Of a DNA stretch of 64,000 nt, positions 46,668-56,609 are shown piece after piece. Each line of letters begins with the position of its first letter. Position 1 is the stretch's first letter. The notes under the pieces are model-generated. The model did no database searches. It was not told the origin of the DNA and saw nothing but the letters and a program-made list of their open reading frames with translations. Where the stretch lies: IMG/VR virus record IMGVR_UViG_3300047472_000449; one strand, given 5' to 3'. The DNA comes from a virus. The position numbers and the translations under genes are program-made.

Positions 46668-47462
46668 TTACTGGTCAGCTTCTTGCTGAAGCTGCTTGAG
46701 CCAAGTCCGAACGGCCTGTTCATCAATCGTGACGGTGAAACCCTGGTCACGTGGCCGTCCTTCGCGCTCGTTCCTGTCATTGATCGAGTCGATGGCTTCG
46801 AACACTCGGGCCAAATACACGTAGTCAAATTTAGGGTAATTTCGCAGGCTCTGGGCGATTTCGTCGCAGGTGTAGCCGCCTGACCAGCCCTCTTCCTCCA
46901 GCTTTCCGATCACCTCTTGTGTCTGCGCAACCGTCAGCTTTTCGAAGTAAGGAAAGGCATCAAAGTCTTCTTCGTGCTGGCCGTCATCACTGAGGATGGT
47001 GCCTTTGAGGTAAGGGCAGGTAATGGGCTCCGCCGCCACGTTTGCAAAAATGTGTTCTACTTCCGCCGCGTCGCCCACTGGCACCATTGTCCAGTAGGCA
47101 AATTCTTTACCGGCCACGTCTTTTACGACGTTGGGAATCTCGTTGTCCCGAGCGTAGTGCAATTCATCTTCAGCACTGTTTATTATAATGCCTGTGACTG
47201 GGTAATTGCTGCACAGGAAATTATCGCCATTGGATATGTCCAGGACGATTTTAATTTGGTCTGGCATTACCAGCTGTGGGGGTTTGTTGGCAACGACAGC
47301 CTGTGCGGTGTTGAAGTCAGCGGCGCCCACCAGTTTGGCGGTCAGCTCGTTGAGTTTGCGCGACTTGAGCGGCAAGCTCAGTTCTTCGCTCAGGACTTTA
47401 CCCAAGTGGTCGCGCAGGGCCAGCAGGTCGTTTGGGGTGTTGAGGACATTAATCAGGTTCAT
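46668..47462 (-). CDS. Hypothetical protein
   Basis: Start moved to MNLINVL (GGAG RBS); promoter at 47646-47674. Confidence 0.7.
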   Translation of the reverse strand: MNLINVLNTPNDLLALRDHLGKVLSEELSLPLKSRKLNELTAKLVGAADFNTAQAVVANKPPQLVMPDQIKIVLDISNGDNFLCSNYPVTGIIINSAEDELHYARDNEIPNVVKDVAGKEFAYWTMVPVGDAAEVEHIFANVAAEPITCPYLKGTILSDDGQHEEDFDAFPYFEKLTVAQTQEVIGKLEEEGWSGGYTCDEIAQSLRNYPKFDYVYLARVFEAIDSINDRNEREGRPRDQGFTVTIDEQAVRTWLKQLQQEADQ

Positions 47463-47729
47463 GCAGCTCTCCAGTACACGCCGTTTCCGGTTCCGCTCGT
47501 TGCCGCCAGCATGATTGAAGAAGCGCATCATGAGGGTGAGGGTGTTGCCTGCGTACTGACCGTTCCCGAGAGGGTGAGCGGGGCCACTTCGCCAAGTGAA
47601 ACACGTCTTCTACAGTGCTTGTCTGCGAATCCGTTGTATGGCGCCATTATGGCGAGGTGACACATAATTGTCAATGTCATTTATTGCAATTCAAGACAGT
47701 GGGGCGCCGTTACTCCTGACTTGATTGCT

Positions 47730-48188
47730 CTAGACGAAAGAGATCACCTCTTCAAAGGTGTCGGTTTTTCTGTCGTGAAACACAATTACTCGACCTTTTG
47801 CCTTCTGCTTGATGAGGAAGACCAGCATGATCAATGCGCCTTCCAGGGCCTGCTGCTCTGTAATTCGATATGCGGCAGCGAGTGCCATCAGCTGCACACC
47901 AACCCACTTTGGGTATGGGTCAAGAGGGGTTTTAACAGCGGAATTTTGCTCCATAAAACCGACCACGACCTCTTCGTAGCGATCATTAACTCGGTCATGA
48001 AGAGCGAAAACTTGTTGTTTGATGTTTCGCAGAAATATCTCATGAAGCAGTCGTACAGCCGCTTGAACGACCGTAGTTTCAGCTGTGTTTAGTGCTGAAG
48101 CACAAAACTCGACATTCACCTCGAAGCTGGAGTTATTTTTGGCTGGTTGCTTCTTAAAAATATTGGGGAATTTCAAGACATTGTTCAT
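47730..48188 (-). CDS. Hypothetical protein
   Basis: From MNNVLKFP (AAGG RBS). Confidence 0.6.
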   Translation of the reverse strand: MNNVLKFPNIFKKQPAKNNSSFEVNVEFCASALNTAETTVVQAAVRLLHEIFLRNIKQQVFALHDRVNDRYEEVVVGFMEQNSAVKTPLDPYPKWVGVQLMALAAAYRITEQQALEGALIMLVFLIKQKAKGRVIVFHDRKTDTFEEVISFV

Positions 48189-48198
48189 GGCTTTTACC

Positions 48199-48654
48199 TT
48201 AGAAAAACCGGACAGTTTCAGTTTCTCCGCTGGCCTTATCCACCAAAACAACTTTATGGCCGAGGATAGATTCAGCGTGGATGGTTCGCAGGGTCGAAAC
48301 GGCGCGGCGGAACACGTAAGTTGGATAAATGGAAAGCGCTTCGGCCAGATCCTGAACCTTGCCCAGCGTCTCATCGTTGAATTTGAGCGTCATTTTCCGC
48401 TCATCTTCAAAGCCATCCGTGTAATCAAAATCGAGCAGCGTTTGCTCGCCAGCAGACGTGATCAGGCGAATCTCTTTACCATTCATTGATTCGGCATGAA
48501 GCGCATGCATGATGCTGACGCCACGGCGGTAGATGTCTGTTTGCGTGACATCCAGCAAGGCGGTCAGGTAATCCAGTTGGTCGCGGGTGTGACCATCGAT
48601 CATGATGGTTTTTTTGTACCGCTCACAAGCAGGATAAGGGTTAACACCAAGCAT
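48199..48654 (-). CDS. Tandem ribbon-helix-helix-like DNA-binding protein
   Basis: Two repeats: L..L...L......[IV][YF]RR[GA]VS.[ML]..[LI]HAES..G..[IV].L; start uncertain. Confidence 0.55.
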   Translation of the reverse strand: MLGVNPYPACERYKKTIMIDGHTRDQLDYLTALLDVTQTDIYRRGVSIMHALHAESMNGKEIRLITSAGEQTLLDFDYTDGFEDERKMTLKFNDETLGKVQDLAEALSIYPTYVFRRAVSTLRTIHAESILGHKVVLVDKASGETETVRFF

Positions 48655-48755
48655 CTTTGTCGTCCGTCCGTAGGTAATGCCGTCATTATGGGGTTTTGGG
48701 CGCAAAATGGAAGTGTGACCATGGAAGTCACCACGCAAGTCACCATGTAAGTCGA

Positions 48756-49268
48756 TTAGCCGTGCGCCAGCATTCCGGGGGTGCTTTGGTCGATGCTCGG
48801 TTTGGTTTGAGCGTGTGCGGACTCGTAGGTGTCGCCAGCCTTGTGCCAATACCGATCAAACTTGGAGTACACCTGTTTCCCATACAGCAACCGGGTATAA
48901 ACACCGGTCGGGTACGCCACCCACTCTTGCGCTGGATAATTGCTGTGGTCGTCCTCAAGCGTCCATGCCTGATCCTGGGTCTTCCAAGTGAAGAACAGGG
49001 TCAGGGTGCCGGGTTTGACCTCAACGATCCGGTGCGCGGTACTGGCGCGACGTGGGATGAGCGACAGCAGGCCGTGCCGATTCAGTTTTTTACCCACACA
49101 CTCGGTATAACCGCCCCACAAGACAAGGCTGAGGTAATGAAACGGGTGCGTATGCTGAAACGGCGTAATGTCGGGGCGCTTGATGCGATGAAAGCGAACG
49201 TGCAGCCGCCTGAAGTTCAGGACGGTGTACCGCTCCAGATAACCCACGAGGTGTTTGTAGGCGCGCAT
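48756..49268 (-). CDS. Phage-type cupin-like protein
   Basis: HTHPFHYLSLVLWGGYTE...TAHRI...LTLFFT; perfect promoter at 49299-49327. Confidence 0.7.
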   Translation of the reverse strand: MRAYKHLVGYLERYTVLNFRRLHVRFHRIKRPDITPFQHTHPFHYLSLVLWGGYTECVGKKLNRHGLLSLIPRRASTAHRIVEVKPGTLTLFFTWKTQDQAWTLEDDHSNYPAQEWVAYPTGVYTRLLYGKQVYSKFDRYWHKAGDTYESAHAQTKPSIDQSTPGMLAHG

Positions 49269-49338
49269 AGTGGCTTCACGTCAATTTGTTTGACGCTTAT
49301 TATATAATCCACCCACATCTTTGTCAACCCAAATGACA

Positions 49339-49551
49339 TCAGGTCTTCGGGACTGGATCGCAACCGCCGACTGCGGTGAAGACGGTGTTGCCAATCTTCA
49401 GGCTATAGCGCTTTTTCCATTTTCCCAGTGTTTGTTCGCAGCTGTAATTGGTATGAAAATGCCCGGTTAGCGTACTGGAGGTGCCAGGACGCTCAACAGT
49501 CATGTCATTGGTGGAATAAATCACAAGTGTCAGCAGGTATTCCATTAACAA
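49339..49551 (-). CDS. Small hypothetical protein
   Basis: 70 aa, two Cys. Confidence 0.5.
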   Translation of the reverse strand: MLMEYLLTLVIYSTNDMTVERPGTSSTLTGHFHTNYSCEQTLGKWKKRYSLKIGNTVFTAVGGCDPVPKT

Positions 49552-49615
49552 ACCTTATTTTGTTGGATGACGGCGAGACTCAGGCCTCGCCTTGCGAGAA
49601 GGTGCCAGCGGGTGG

Positions 49616-50185
49616 TTACTCCTTGCCAATGAATCCGGCCAGGGTTTCTTCTTCCCTTTCCTTGCGGGCGTCTTTATTTCGCTTGATCAGCAATGCGAGG
49701 GCGCTTTCGAACATGTGCTGATCGGTAATGTCTTCGAAGGTGTAGGATCTGCCTTCCTGTTCAAATTTCACACCCCGCGCATGGTTGGTTTCGACAAGGC
49801 TGATAGCAAATGCATGATGGCCTTGGGTTGCGATGTACTTGGCCGCGAGCAGGTAATTGTTATCAGCGGGTCGATCCGCCAAATCTTCAAACTGGCTTTC
49901 GGTGCCCAGCTCAAAATCAAAGAAGCGATACTTCCAATTGGCGTTATCCAGACGATGGAAATAGCTTTCGATACGCGGCGAGGCAAACTCCAGCACGGCG
50001 CGCTCAGCAAAAGCCTCACTGGTTTTCATCAGGTGGTAGGCGGCACAAAAGGCGCACTTTTCACCGCCCGCCTTCAAATCCCAGGCAGTCGGGTATTCGT
50101 GAACCTCGCTGGCCTCCGCGAAGGTCTCAATGATGACATTGTTGTCGCGAATTTTCATAGCAAGCTCTCCATGAGGTGGGCGCAA
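49616..50185 (-). CDS. Hypothetical protein
   Basis: ORF; GGAG before internal MKIRDNN. Confidence 0.65.
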   Translation of the reverse strand: MRPPHGELAMKIRDNNVIIETFAEASEVHEYPTAWDLKAGGEKCAFCAAYHLMKTSEAFAERAVLEFASPRIESYFHRLDNANWKYRFFDFELGTESQFEDLADRPADNNYLLAAKYIATQGHHAFAISLVETNHARGVKFEQEGRSYTFEDITDQHMFESALALLIKRNKDARKEREEETLAGFIGKE

Positions 50186-50221
50186 CCAGCACTTGAGTAC
50201 GGGCGCCCACCGGCTGTTTGG

Positions 50222-50638
50222 TTATTGATGCGCAGCGACTTCAGGCGCAACAATCGCCTGCCAGTGGGTGAACTCAACAAGGTCAAGAAAAACGTCGTCT
50301 GTATTGCCGTATACCGCAGGCTGAACCTTTTTGCCCTTCAGGACGCCCAGGTGATAAGAGCCCTGATCACCAACCCAGACGACTTCGGCGCCTTGTTCGG
50401 GCAGTCGTTGATCAATCGAGACCAGCGGGAGCTGGTCGATCACCGGTTCGCGCCAGCAGACGTAATCTGTGAAGCTGTGCTCAACCGTAATCGCATTACC
50501 GCCGTACACCACCGGCATGACCCGACACTCTTGCCAGCGAGCAAGATGGTAGCTACCCTCTCTGTCCATCCAGAGCAGGTCTCGGCTTTCTACCGGCAAG
50601 GATTGGCTCACGTTGACCCAGGGTGGATTAATCAGCAT
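50222..50638 (-). CDS. Duplicated DUF551-like phage protein
   Basis: WVNVSQSLP...GSYHL...W and VSIDQRLP...GSYHL...THWQ. Confidence 0.6.
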   Translation of the reverse strand: MLINPPWVNVSQSLPVESRDLLWMDREGSYHLARWQECRVMPVVYGGNAITVEHSFTDYVCWREPVIDQLPLVSIDQRLPEQGAEVVWVGDQGSYHLGVLKGKKVQPAVYGNTDDVFLDLVEFTHWQAIVAPEVAAHQ

Positions 50639-50926
50639 GGCAGCGCTCTCAGTAATCAGTAGTGAGTGGTCGAAAATCTAGTTGGTCAGTATGACAATGG
50701 CGAGCCTCATTGTCAATGGAAATGACGGTGGAGGGAGAGATAGAGCCCCACCGCTGGCCACCTTCAGCGTAAGCTGGAAAAAAAGGACATCGACAGATTT
50801 TCGGCGTGCAAGGCCCTTTGATTTCGCTTGATCCAGCAGTCTATTTGCCAGCAATTCATTGACAAAACACCATTATGTCAATACAATAAACACTACCAGA
50901 TAAGCTCACACTGTATCGAGGGCGCC

Positions 50927-51367
50927 ATGCCGAAAATGATCAAGATTAAAGCAACTCATCTGACCAATATCGCGCTTGATTATCTGGTAGCTCAGATTGA
51001 GGGTGAGTCCGTGCAATTTGATGGGGAGTTCATTCGTTACGCCCCGTCTCAGTTCAGTGATGAGGGTGTTTACAGCCCTTCGACCGATCCTGCTATCGGC
51101 TACCCGATCATCGAGCGCGAAAAAATCCAACTGCGTTTCATCGACAGCCCTGGTCACAAGCTGCATGGCCTCTGTCTGGCGCAGGGTTGCCAGTTTCGCC
51201 CGACCGACACCAGCGTTCAGTGGAAGTCTTTTGGCACCTTCTCCGTGGCTGCCTTGGACAAAGGTTACTTGAGTGGCCCAACCGGTCTTGTCGCCGCCAT
51301 GCGCTACTTCGTTTGCATGCGCCTGGGTGAGATCGTAGAAATTCCGGCCAATCTGAAAGGGCTTTAA
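50927..51367 (+). CDS. DUF2591-like phage protein
   Basis: ALDYLVAQIEG...YSPSTD...PIIEREKI...GPTGLVAAMR; promoter TTGACA-17-TACAAT at 50859-50887. Confidence 0.75.
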   Translation: MPKMIKIKATHLTNIALDYLVAQIEGESVQFDGEFIRYAPSQFSDEGVYSPSTDPAIGYPIIEREKIQLRFIDSPGHKLHGLCLAQGCQFRPTDTSVQWKSFGTFSVAALDKGYLSGPTGLVAAMRYFVCMRLGEIVEIPANLKGL

Positions 51368-51421
51368 AGCCCTTTTGACATCAAATCCTTTGTGACATGG
51401 ATCTGGTGTCTTGTTGAGCAA

Positions 51422-51461
51422 TGTCATTGCTATTGACATTGATCCACAGGAAAAGTATAAT
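51422..51461 (+). promoter_or_regulatory. Perfect promoter with operator
   Basis: TGTCATT-GCT-ATTGACA; TTGACA-17-TATAAT. Confidence 0.8.
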
Positions 51462-51497
51462 GACCCTATTGATACATAGATCACTCAAGGTGCGACC

Positions 51498-51743
51498 ATG
51501 AGCAAAGACGAAAGCAAAAAACCATCCGGTATCGCTGATGGCATGCGGATTTCTGGCATCCGGAAAGTTCTCAGTGAGCGTATGGTCAATTCCGATGTCA
51601 CTATTTACATCAATGCGGGTGTTTTTCAGGGTCGCATTTGCGAAACTGACGATGAGGATGTACTGGTATTGCATCGCCTCAAGGAAAATATTCGGATGGT
51701 GGTTGATATCAGCCATATTTATGCCGTGGAGTGGGCTCGCTAA
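51498..51743 (+). CDS. Possible Sm/LSm (Hfq-like) fold protein
   Basis: VTIYINAGVFQGRICETDDEDVLVL...MVVDISHIYAV resembles Sm1/Sm2 spacing. Confidence 0.45.
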   Translation: MSKDESKKPSGIADGMRISGIRKVLSERMVNSDVTIYINAGVFQGRICETDDEDVLVLHRLKENIRMVVDISHIYAVEWAR

Positions 51744-51848
51744 TACGCGGGTTGCTTCGAAGAAAACGCCACAAGCGGCCTTGATCACTCATTGGCTCTT
51801 GTGGCGTTTTCGTTTGGCATGACTGGCCGACTTGCCTAGAAGATAGGT

Positions 51849-52253
51849 CTATCCCCCTTGTCGGAGGATATTGCCCAATGTTCTTGGTTCATTGACGATC
51901 AGTTGCAGGAGAAAGGCTGCATGTTCCAGGGTCACAGGGTTGCCGCTGGCCAACAATGTGCAAAGACGAGGTGTGTCCACCTCATTACGCTTCAGTCCCA
52001 AGTGCTCAGTCGCTTCGCGGTAACGGGAAGTCATTTCTGCTCGATACTCCATCACCGCACTGTCGCCCGCATCGGCAAACCGCTTGCCGCTTCCATTGAT
52101 GAAAATCGATTCTCCGCAGTCAGGTTCCCGACACTCGATCCCTGACAGACCAGTCACGGTCTTTTCAATGTGTTTGCATCGCACGGTCATTGTCCGCCCG
52201 ATGAAATGCCCGGTATTGCGCGAACCGCAGGCCACACACCGTTGTTTTTTCAT
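51849..52253 (-). CDS. Orphan MqsA-like zinc-ribbon antitoxin with degenerate HTH
   Basis: CVACG...TVTGLSGIEC...CGESIF...RFADAGD...LLQLIVNEPRTL. Confidence 0.7.
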   Translation of the reverse strand: MKKQRCVACGSRNTGHFIGRTMTVRCKHIEKTVTGLSGIECREPDCGESIFINGSGKRFADAGDSAVMEYRAEMTSRYREATEHLGLKRNEVDTPRLCTLLASGNPVTLEHAAFLLQLIVNEPRTLGNILRQGG

Positions 52254-52332
52254 GTTCAACTCTCCATTTCCAGGCTGCCGCCCAATTCGTCTGAATTGGA
52301 AAAACGGCACGCCTAAGCTGAAATGGAACCGC

Positions 52333-52554
52333 CTAGCCCGGCAGTTTGGGTTTCGGGATCTGCTTGAAGTTTTGCTTAGGCTGATCCTTCGAAACACCAT
52401 ACCAGTGACCCTGTGGGTTTTTGGCAATGGCGCGCAGGCTGGCCAGATTGCATTCTTTGCTCATCGCGTTGCGATGACCGCCACTCAGGTATTGCTTTAG
52501 GGCTCGATTAAACCGAATCAAGTCCAGGTTGCTGTGAAAATAAGGGCTTTTCAT
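52333..52554 (-). CDS. Small hypothetical protein
   Basis: 73 aa; GAGG RBS. Confidence 0.5.
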   Translation of the reverse strand: MKSPYFHSNLDLIRFNRALKQYLSGGHRNAMSKECNLASLRAIAKNPQGHWYGVSKDQPKQNFKQIPKPKLPG

Positions 52555-52572
52555 GAAGTGCCTCGGTCTTGA

Positions 52573-52887
52573 TCAGTGCGGCTTGAGCGGCTTCAGGTCA
52601 TACGGCGTTTTAGCGTCAGGTGGCAGGCCACGTGCTTCACGAAACTGATGAGCTTGTGCCTCAGCGCGCATATCGGACAGGATGTCGAATTGTGCGTTGT
52701 ACTCAGGATTGACGCTGTTGGTGGCTCGGTAGGCGGCGTTCACTTTTTTACGCTGGGCTTCGATTTCGAGGTTCATGCGGCAATTCCTGAGTAAATCGTC
52801 ACTGGGTATGGTTGATACTATAACAATCCTACCGAAAATGTCAACATCTTTGACATGCTGGACGATGATTATGTCATTGTCTTCCAT
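52573..52887 (-). CDS. Hypothetical protein
   Basis: 104 aa ORF; start uncertain. Confidence 0.5.
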   Translation of the reverse strand: MEDNDIIIVQHVKDVDIFGRIVIVSTIPSDDLLRNCRMNLEIEAQRKKVNAAYRATNSVNPEYNAQFDILSDMRAEAQAHQFREARGLPPDAKTPYDLKPLKPH

Positions 52888-52939
52888 GTCAATCTTTGCT
52901 ATAATAGTCCTATTAAAAGCGATTCACAATAGGCTCAAC

Positions 52940-53206
52940 ATGACACTGATGACTGTCTCGAATGATCACTTCAAAACGTTGATGGAAGAGGATTTGGCTT
53001 CCATCAAAGGGCAGAAGGCGTATTGTGAAAACGCTCTCACCAATACTTTGCTCAAGCCTTGGGAAGTCAAGGAATACAGTGGTTTGGTCTCAAGTTACGA
53101 GGCTCAGATTCAGGTGTTGGAGCAGCGCCTGGACAACATGCAGTTCGCCGCAAAGGCGTCGGCAGAGGCGGTGAGTATTTTTGAGCTACCAAGCAGAGAA
53201 AAGTAG
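52940..53206 (+). CDS. Hypothetical protein
   Basis: From MTLMTVSND; extended -10 TGCTATAAT upstream. Confidence 0.55.
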   Translation: MTLMTVSNDHFKTLMEEDLASIKGQKAYCENALTNTLLKPWEVKEYSGLVSSYEAQIQVLEQRLDNMQFAAKASAEAVSIFELPSREK

Positions 53207-53286
53207 CAGGAATGCCTGACTTTTATTGACATAACAAGCTGACATCGCTATGATAAACGCTTTATTAAATGGCAACTTGGTCTTAA

Positions 53287-53697
53287 ATGGACATTAATTC
53301 GATCACTGCTGTATCCGTGGGCTGTCCTTGCAGTCACAGGCCGCAACCGCAGCCTTACGAGATTTCGCCTTACCTGTGGCTGTTGGGTGCCAAGCACTGC
53401 CTGGATCATTTGCATGATTCTGTCGAGGGGAAACCTGCTGATCAGCTACGTGAAAACGTCCTGAATATTGGTTATCTGCGTCAGGTGCGCGACTACATCG
53501 GCAATCCTTGCCCTGTTACCTCCGAACGCCTGGAAGCGGCCTGGAACAGGCTGACGCACGTGTTTTTCAAAGGCGCAGAGGACGTGGAGAAAGCAGCGCA
53601 GGATCTGCTCCATATCAATCAGGTTCATCCAACTTGCGCGTTGCGCGTGGTGGATCGACGCGGTGTTACGTTCACCCTGTCGATGCCATTTGGTTGA
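53287..53697 (+). CDS. Hypothetical protein
   Basis: 136 aa; promoter TTGACA-17-TATGAT at 53226-53254. Confidence 0.65.
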   Translation: MDINSITAVSVGCPCSHRPQPQPYEISPYLWLLGAKHCLDHLHDSVEGKPADQLRENVLNIGYLRQVRDYIGNPCPVTSERLEAAWNRLTHVFFKGAEDVEKAAQDLLHINQVHPTCALRVVDRRGVTFTLSMPFG

Positions 53698-53731
53698 ACA
53701 CAATCAAACAATCATTCGGGACTGTCAGTCG

Positions 53732-54013
53732 ATGAGACGAATTACCCGCTTGCCTTTTTTCCTGATCATTTTGGGCAGCATTGGTGCTGCCATGGCCTTG
53801 TCTTCGCCCCTGAGTGATTCCTTGTCCGAGACACTGGTGCTGACGCTGCACGGGGCCATCGTAGTGGCCTTGCTGTGGGCTAGTCTTGCACGCCTCAAAG
53901 ACACTGGTTTGCCGGGCGCCAACCTTGTGTTGCTGCTGTTGGTGCCGGTCGGCCCACTCATTCTGGCGGCGATGATGTTCAAAAAAAGCACACACCACCC
54001 GGAGATTTCATGA
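53732..54013 (+). CDS. DUF805-like small membrane protein
   Basis: ARLKDTGLPG...LLLVPVGPLIL pattern. Confidence 0.55.
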   Translation: MRRITRLPFFLIILGSIGAAMALSSPLSDSLSETLVLTLHGAIVVALLWASLARLKDTGLPGANLVLLLLVPVGPLILAAMMFKKSTHHPEIS

Positions 54014-54282
54014 TGACTGACGAAGCGCAGAAACCGCTCAAAAAAGAGAACGTCGGCTGATCCTGCTGAGCTATTTGTTTGTGTTTTGCTGTATTTATTT
54101 TGCAGGCAATTATCTTGTCGATAAGTCATCTGAAGCGACCGACAAAATGAAACAGAATGTCGGTGTTGCCGAACAGGTCATCAAGGATACACAAAACCTT
54201 CTTAGCGACACAAAACCATCAACACTGTCGCCACACCACTAATTCTCAACTAATCATCAATTTGATATTCAACGGAGTCACC

Positions 54283-56604
54283 GTGATTTCAGGCCCTATT
54301 CGCAATAAAAAAGACGCCACAACACTTAATCAAAAAAATCTCGTGACTGATGTGACCAACCTCAACGGCACGCGGGTATTTGCCGAGGTGACCCCAGCTG
54401 GCATTTATGATGTGGTCAGGGCGCTGACGTGTTTTGATGGCCCGGTTTCGATTGGTGGTGGACGCTTCAGCATGGGTGGCCAGATCGCCAGTGAGGGCAG
54501 TCTTCATTTGGACATGCGCAACCTTGCGAACATTGATGAACCTAAGTTCAACAACGGTATCCACACCATTTTTGTTCAGGCTGGGGCGACGTGGAAGGAT
54601 GTTCAGCGTCGCATTGATCCGCATGACTTGTCTGTGTCGATTATGCAAACCTATTCCAACTTCACCGTGGGTGGCTCGCTGAGTGTGAATGTGCATGGCC
54701 GATATGTCGGCCAGGGCGCGCTGATTCATTCGGTGCAGTCCATTTTGCTGGTGTTGGCTGACGGCACGCTTAAAACAGCATCACGCACCGAAAATCCCGA
54801 GTTGTTCTTCGGCGCCATTGGTGGTTATGGTGGCATCGGCGTAATCGTTGGGGCTACGTTGATCTTGGCCAAAAATACCAAGGTTGAGCGTTCGTCGAAA
54901 GTCATGCCGCTGGAGGATTACCTGCACTACTTCCAGACCGAAGTGGCCAGTAAAGCCGATCAGGTGGTGTTTCATAACGGCAATCTGTGCCCGCCTCACT
55001 ACTCCACCGTACGAGCCATTTCGTGGAGTCAGACCGACAAGCCAGTCACCCAGCCTGCTCGCCTGTACGAGAAGCGCAAACTGTACCCGCTGCACAAGTA
55101 CGCAATGTGGTCGGTCAGCGAGCTGCCGTTCGGCAAATGGCGTCGTGAGCACATCATTGAGCCGCTGCTGGATCGCAAACCGGCTGTACATTGGCGCAAC
55201 TACGAGGCCGGGTACGACGTGGCTGAACTGGAGCCGGTCACCCGCAGCTACCGAACCTATGTGCTTCAGGAGTACTTTGTGCCGGTCACGCACTGCGCAG
55301 CTTTCGTCAAGCGCATGGGGGACGTGCTCAACCAGCACAACGTCAACGTCATCAACGTGTCTATTCGTCACGCCAAGGCGGATCAGGAGTCGTACCTGTC
55401 CTGGGCGCAGGAAGAGGTGTTTGCCTTTGTCCTGTACTACAAGCAGGGTGTGACACCGGCTGACCAAAAGGCAGTGGGGGTATGGACACGTGAGCTGGTG
55501 CGTCTTGCTTCGCAGTTCGGCGGTTCGTTCTACCTGCCTTATCAGCCGCATGCCACCCGTGAGCAGTTCGATGTGGCCTACCCTCGGGCGGCAAAGTTGT
55601 TTGCTCTCAAAGACCGTCTTGACCCTCATTATCGTTTCCGCAATGTGATTTGGGAGACGTATTACAAAGAATCCTCGGCCACTCAAAGCCGTAATCCGAA
55701 TCACCAACGCATGGAAATCACGGGCATGGAAGGCGAGCTGAGCATTGCAAACTCTGAGTTTCGGGGAGTGATGGCTGACAAGTACTGGCAAGATCAGCTC
55801 TATTTGTTCCTGCAAAACGTGTATGGCCTTTACCCAGCGGCGTCGCTGTTCCAATTGATCGAGCAGCAGTGCGTCGTCTACATGCGTGATGAGGCCATCT
55901 ATCGTTCCACTCAGGAGCGCCTGGGTGAACTGACCAACCCGGTGCGGGCTGCGTTCATGGGCCTTGCGGCGCTGAGCAAGCAGAAGAAAGAAATGGCCGT
56001 CCAAGTGCATTCGTTGACCGGTGGCGGGCGTGCTCGTGCGGTAAACAGCTACGTTGAGATTGGCTCCAAGGGCCGCTACTTCAAGGGCAGTTGCAACACG
56101 AAGGAAGTGGTGCAAGCGCAGTTCGTCGAAGAAAAACCAGTCGGCTACTCGCCGTTGGACATTCTTGAGCGTGGTGCGGTGCCGATTACCGGTCAACAGT
56201 ACCTGCTGGCTGATTACGAGCCGTTGCAAGTGACCGGGCGCGGCCAGATGGACATGGTGACCTGCTTTATCGGCCTACACCATATTGCGCCGGAAAAACT
56301 GGAGGCGTTCGTGCGCTCGATTGCCGACTCGCTGGCCACCGGGGGTGTGTTCATCTTGCGCGAGCACAATGTCGAGACCCCGGAGATGCACCGTTTTGTC
56401 TCGCTGATCCATACCGTGTTCAACATGGGTCTCAAGGAGTCCTGGGACACTGATAGCCGCGAACTGCGCCACTTCCGCAGCCTGAGCTACTGGATCAACT
56501 TGCTCGACAGTGTGGGCCTCACGCTGGAGTCAGGGCCGATCTATCAAAAAGGTGATCCATCCCTTAACGGCCTGATGATGTTCCGTCGCCGTGCTGATGA
56601 CTGA
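54283..56604 (+). CDS. FAD-binding oxidoreductase (PCMH/VAO-type) fused to a C-terminal SAM-methyltransferase-like domain
   Basis: GGGRFSMGGQ, AGATW, FTVGGSLSVNVHG, LFFGAIGGYGGIG, DP.YRF; C-terminal VEIGS.GRY, VTCFIGLHHI, GGVFILREH. GTG start with GGAG RBS. Confidence 0.85.
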   Translation: MISGPIRNKKDATTLNQKNLVTDVTNLNGTRVFAEVTPAGIYDVVRALTCFDGPVSIGGGRFSMGGQIASEGSLHLDMRNLANIDEPKFNNGIHTIFVQAGATWKDVQRRIDPHDLSVSIMQTYSNFTVGGSLSVNVHGRYVGQGALIHSVQSILLVLADGTLKTASRTENPELFFGAIGGYGGIGVIVGATLILAKNTKVERSSKVMPLEDYLHYFQTEVASKADQVVFHNGNLCPPHYSTVRAISWSQTDKPVTQPARLYEKRKLYPLHKYAMWSVSELPFGKWRREHIIEPLLDRKPAVHWRNYEAGYDVAELEPVTRSYRTYVLQEYFVPVTHCAAFVKRMGDVLNQHNVNVINVSIRHAKADQESYLSWAQEEVFAFVLYYKQGVTPADQKAVGVWTRELVRLASQFGGSFYLPYQPHATREQFDVAYPRAAKLFALKDRLDPHYRFRNVIWETYYKESSATQSRNPNHQRMEITGMEGELSIANSEFRGVMADKYWQDQLYLFLQNVYGLYPAASLFQLIEQQCVVYMRDEAIYRSTQERLGELTNPVRAAFMGLAALSKQKKEMAVQVHSLTGGGRARAVNSYVEIGSKGRYFKGSCNTKEVVQAQFVEEKPVGYSPLDILERGAVPITGQQYLLADYEPLQVTGRGQMDMVTCFIGLHHIAPEKLEAFVRSIADSLATGGVFILREHNVETPEMHRFVSLIHTVFNMGLKESWDTDSRELRHFRSLSYWINLLDSVGLTLESGPIYQKGDPSLNGLMMFRRRADD

Positions 56605-56609
56605 TCAAC

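Noticed and set aside
49592-56229. Long opposite-strand ORFs such as 49592..50662, 54781..56229, 10780..11553 and 32420..33094
   Set aside because: They overlap better-supported genes on the other strand and lack RBS or motifs; typical shadow ORFs.
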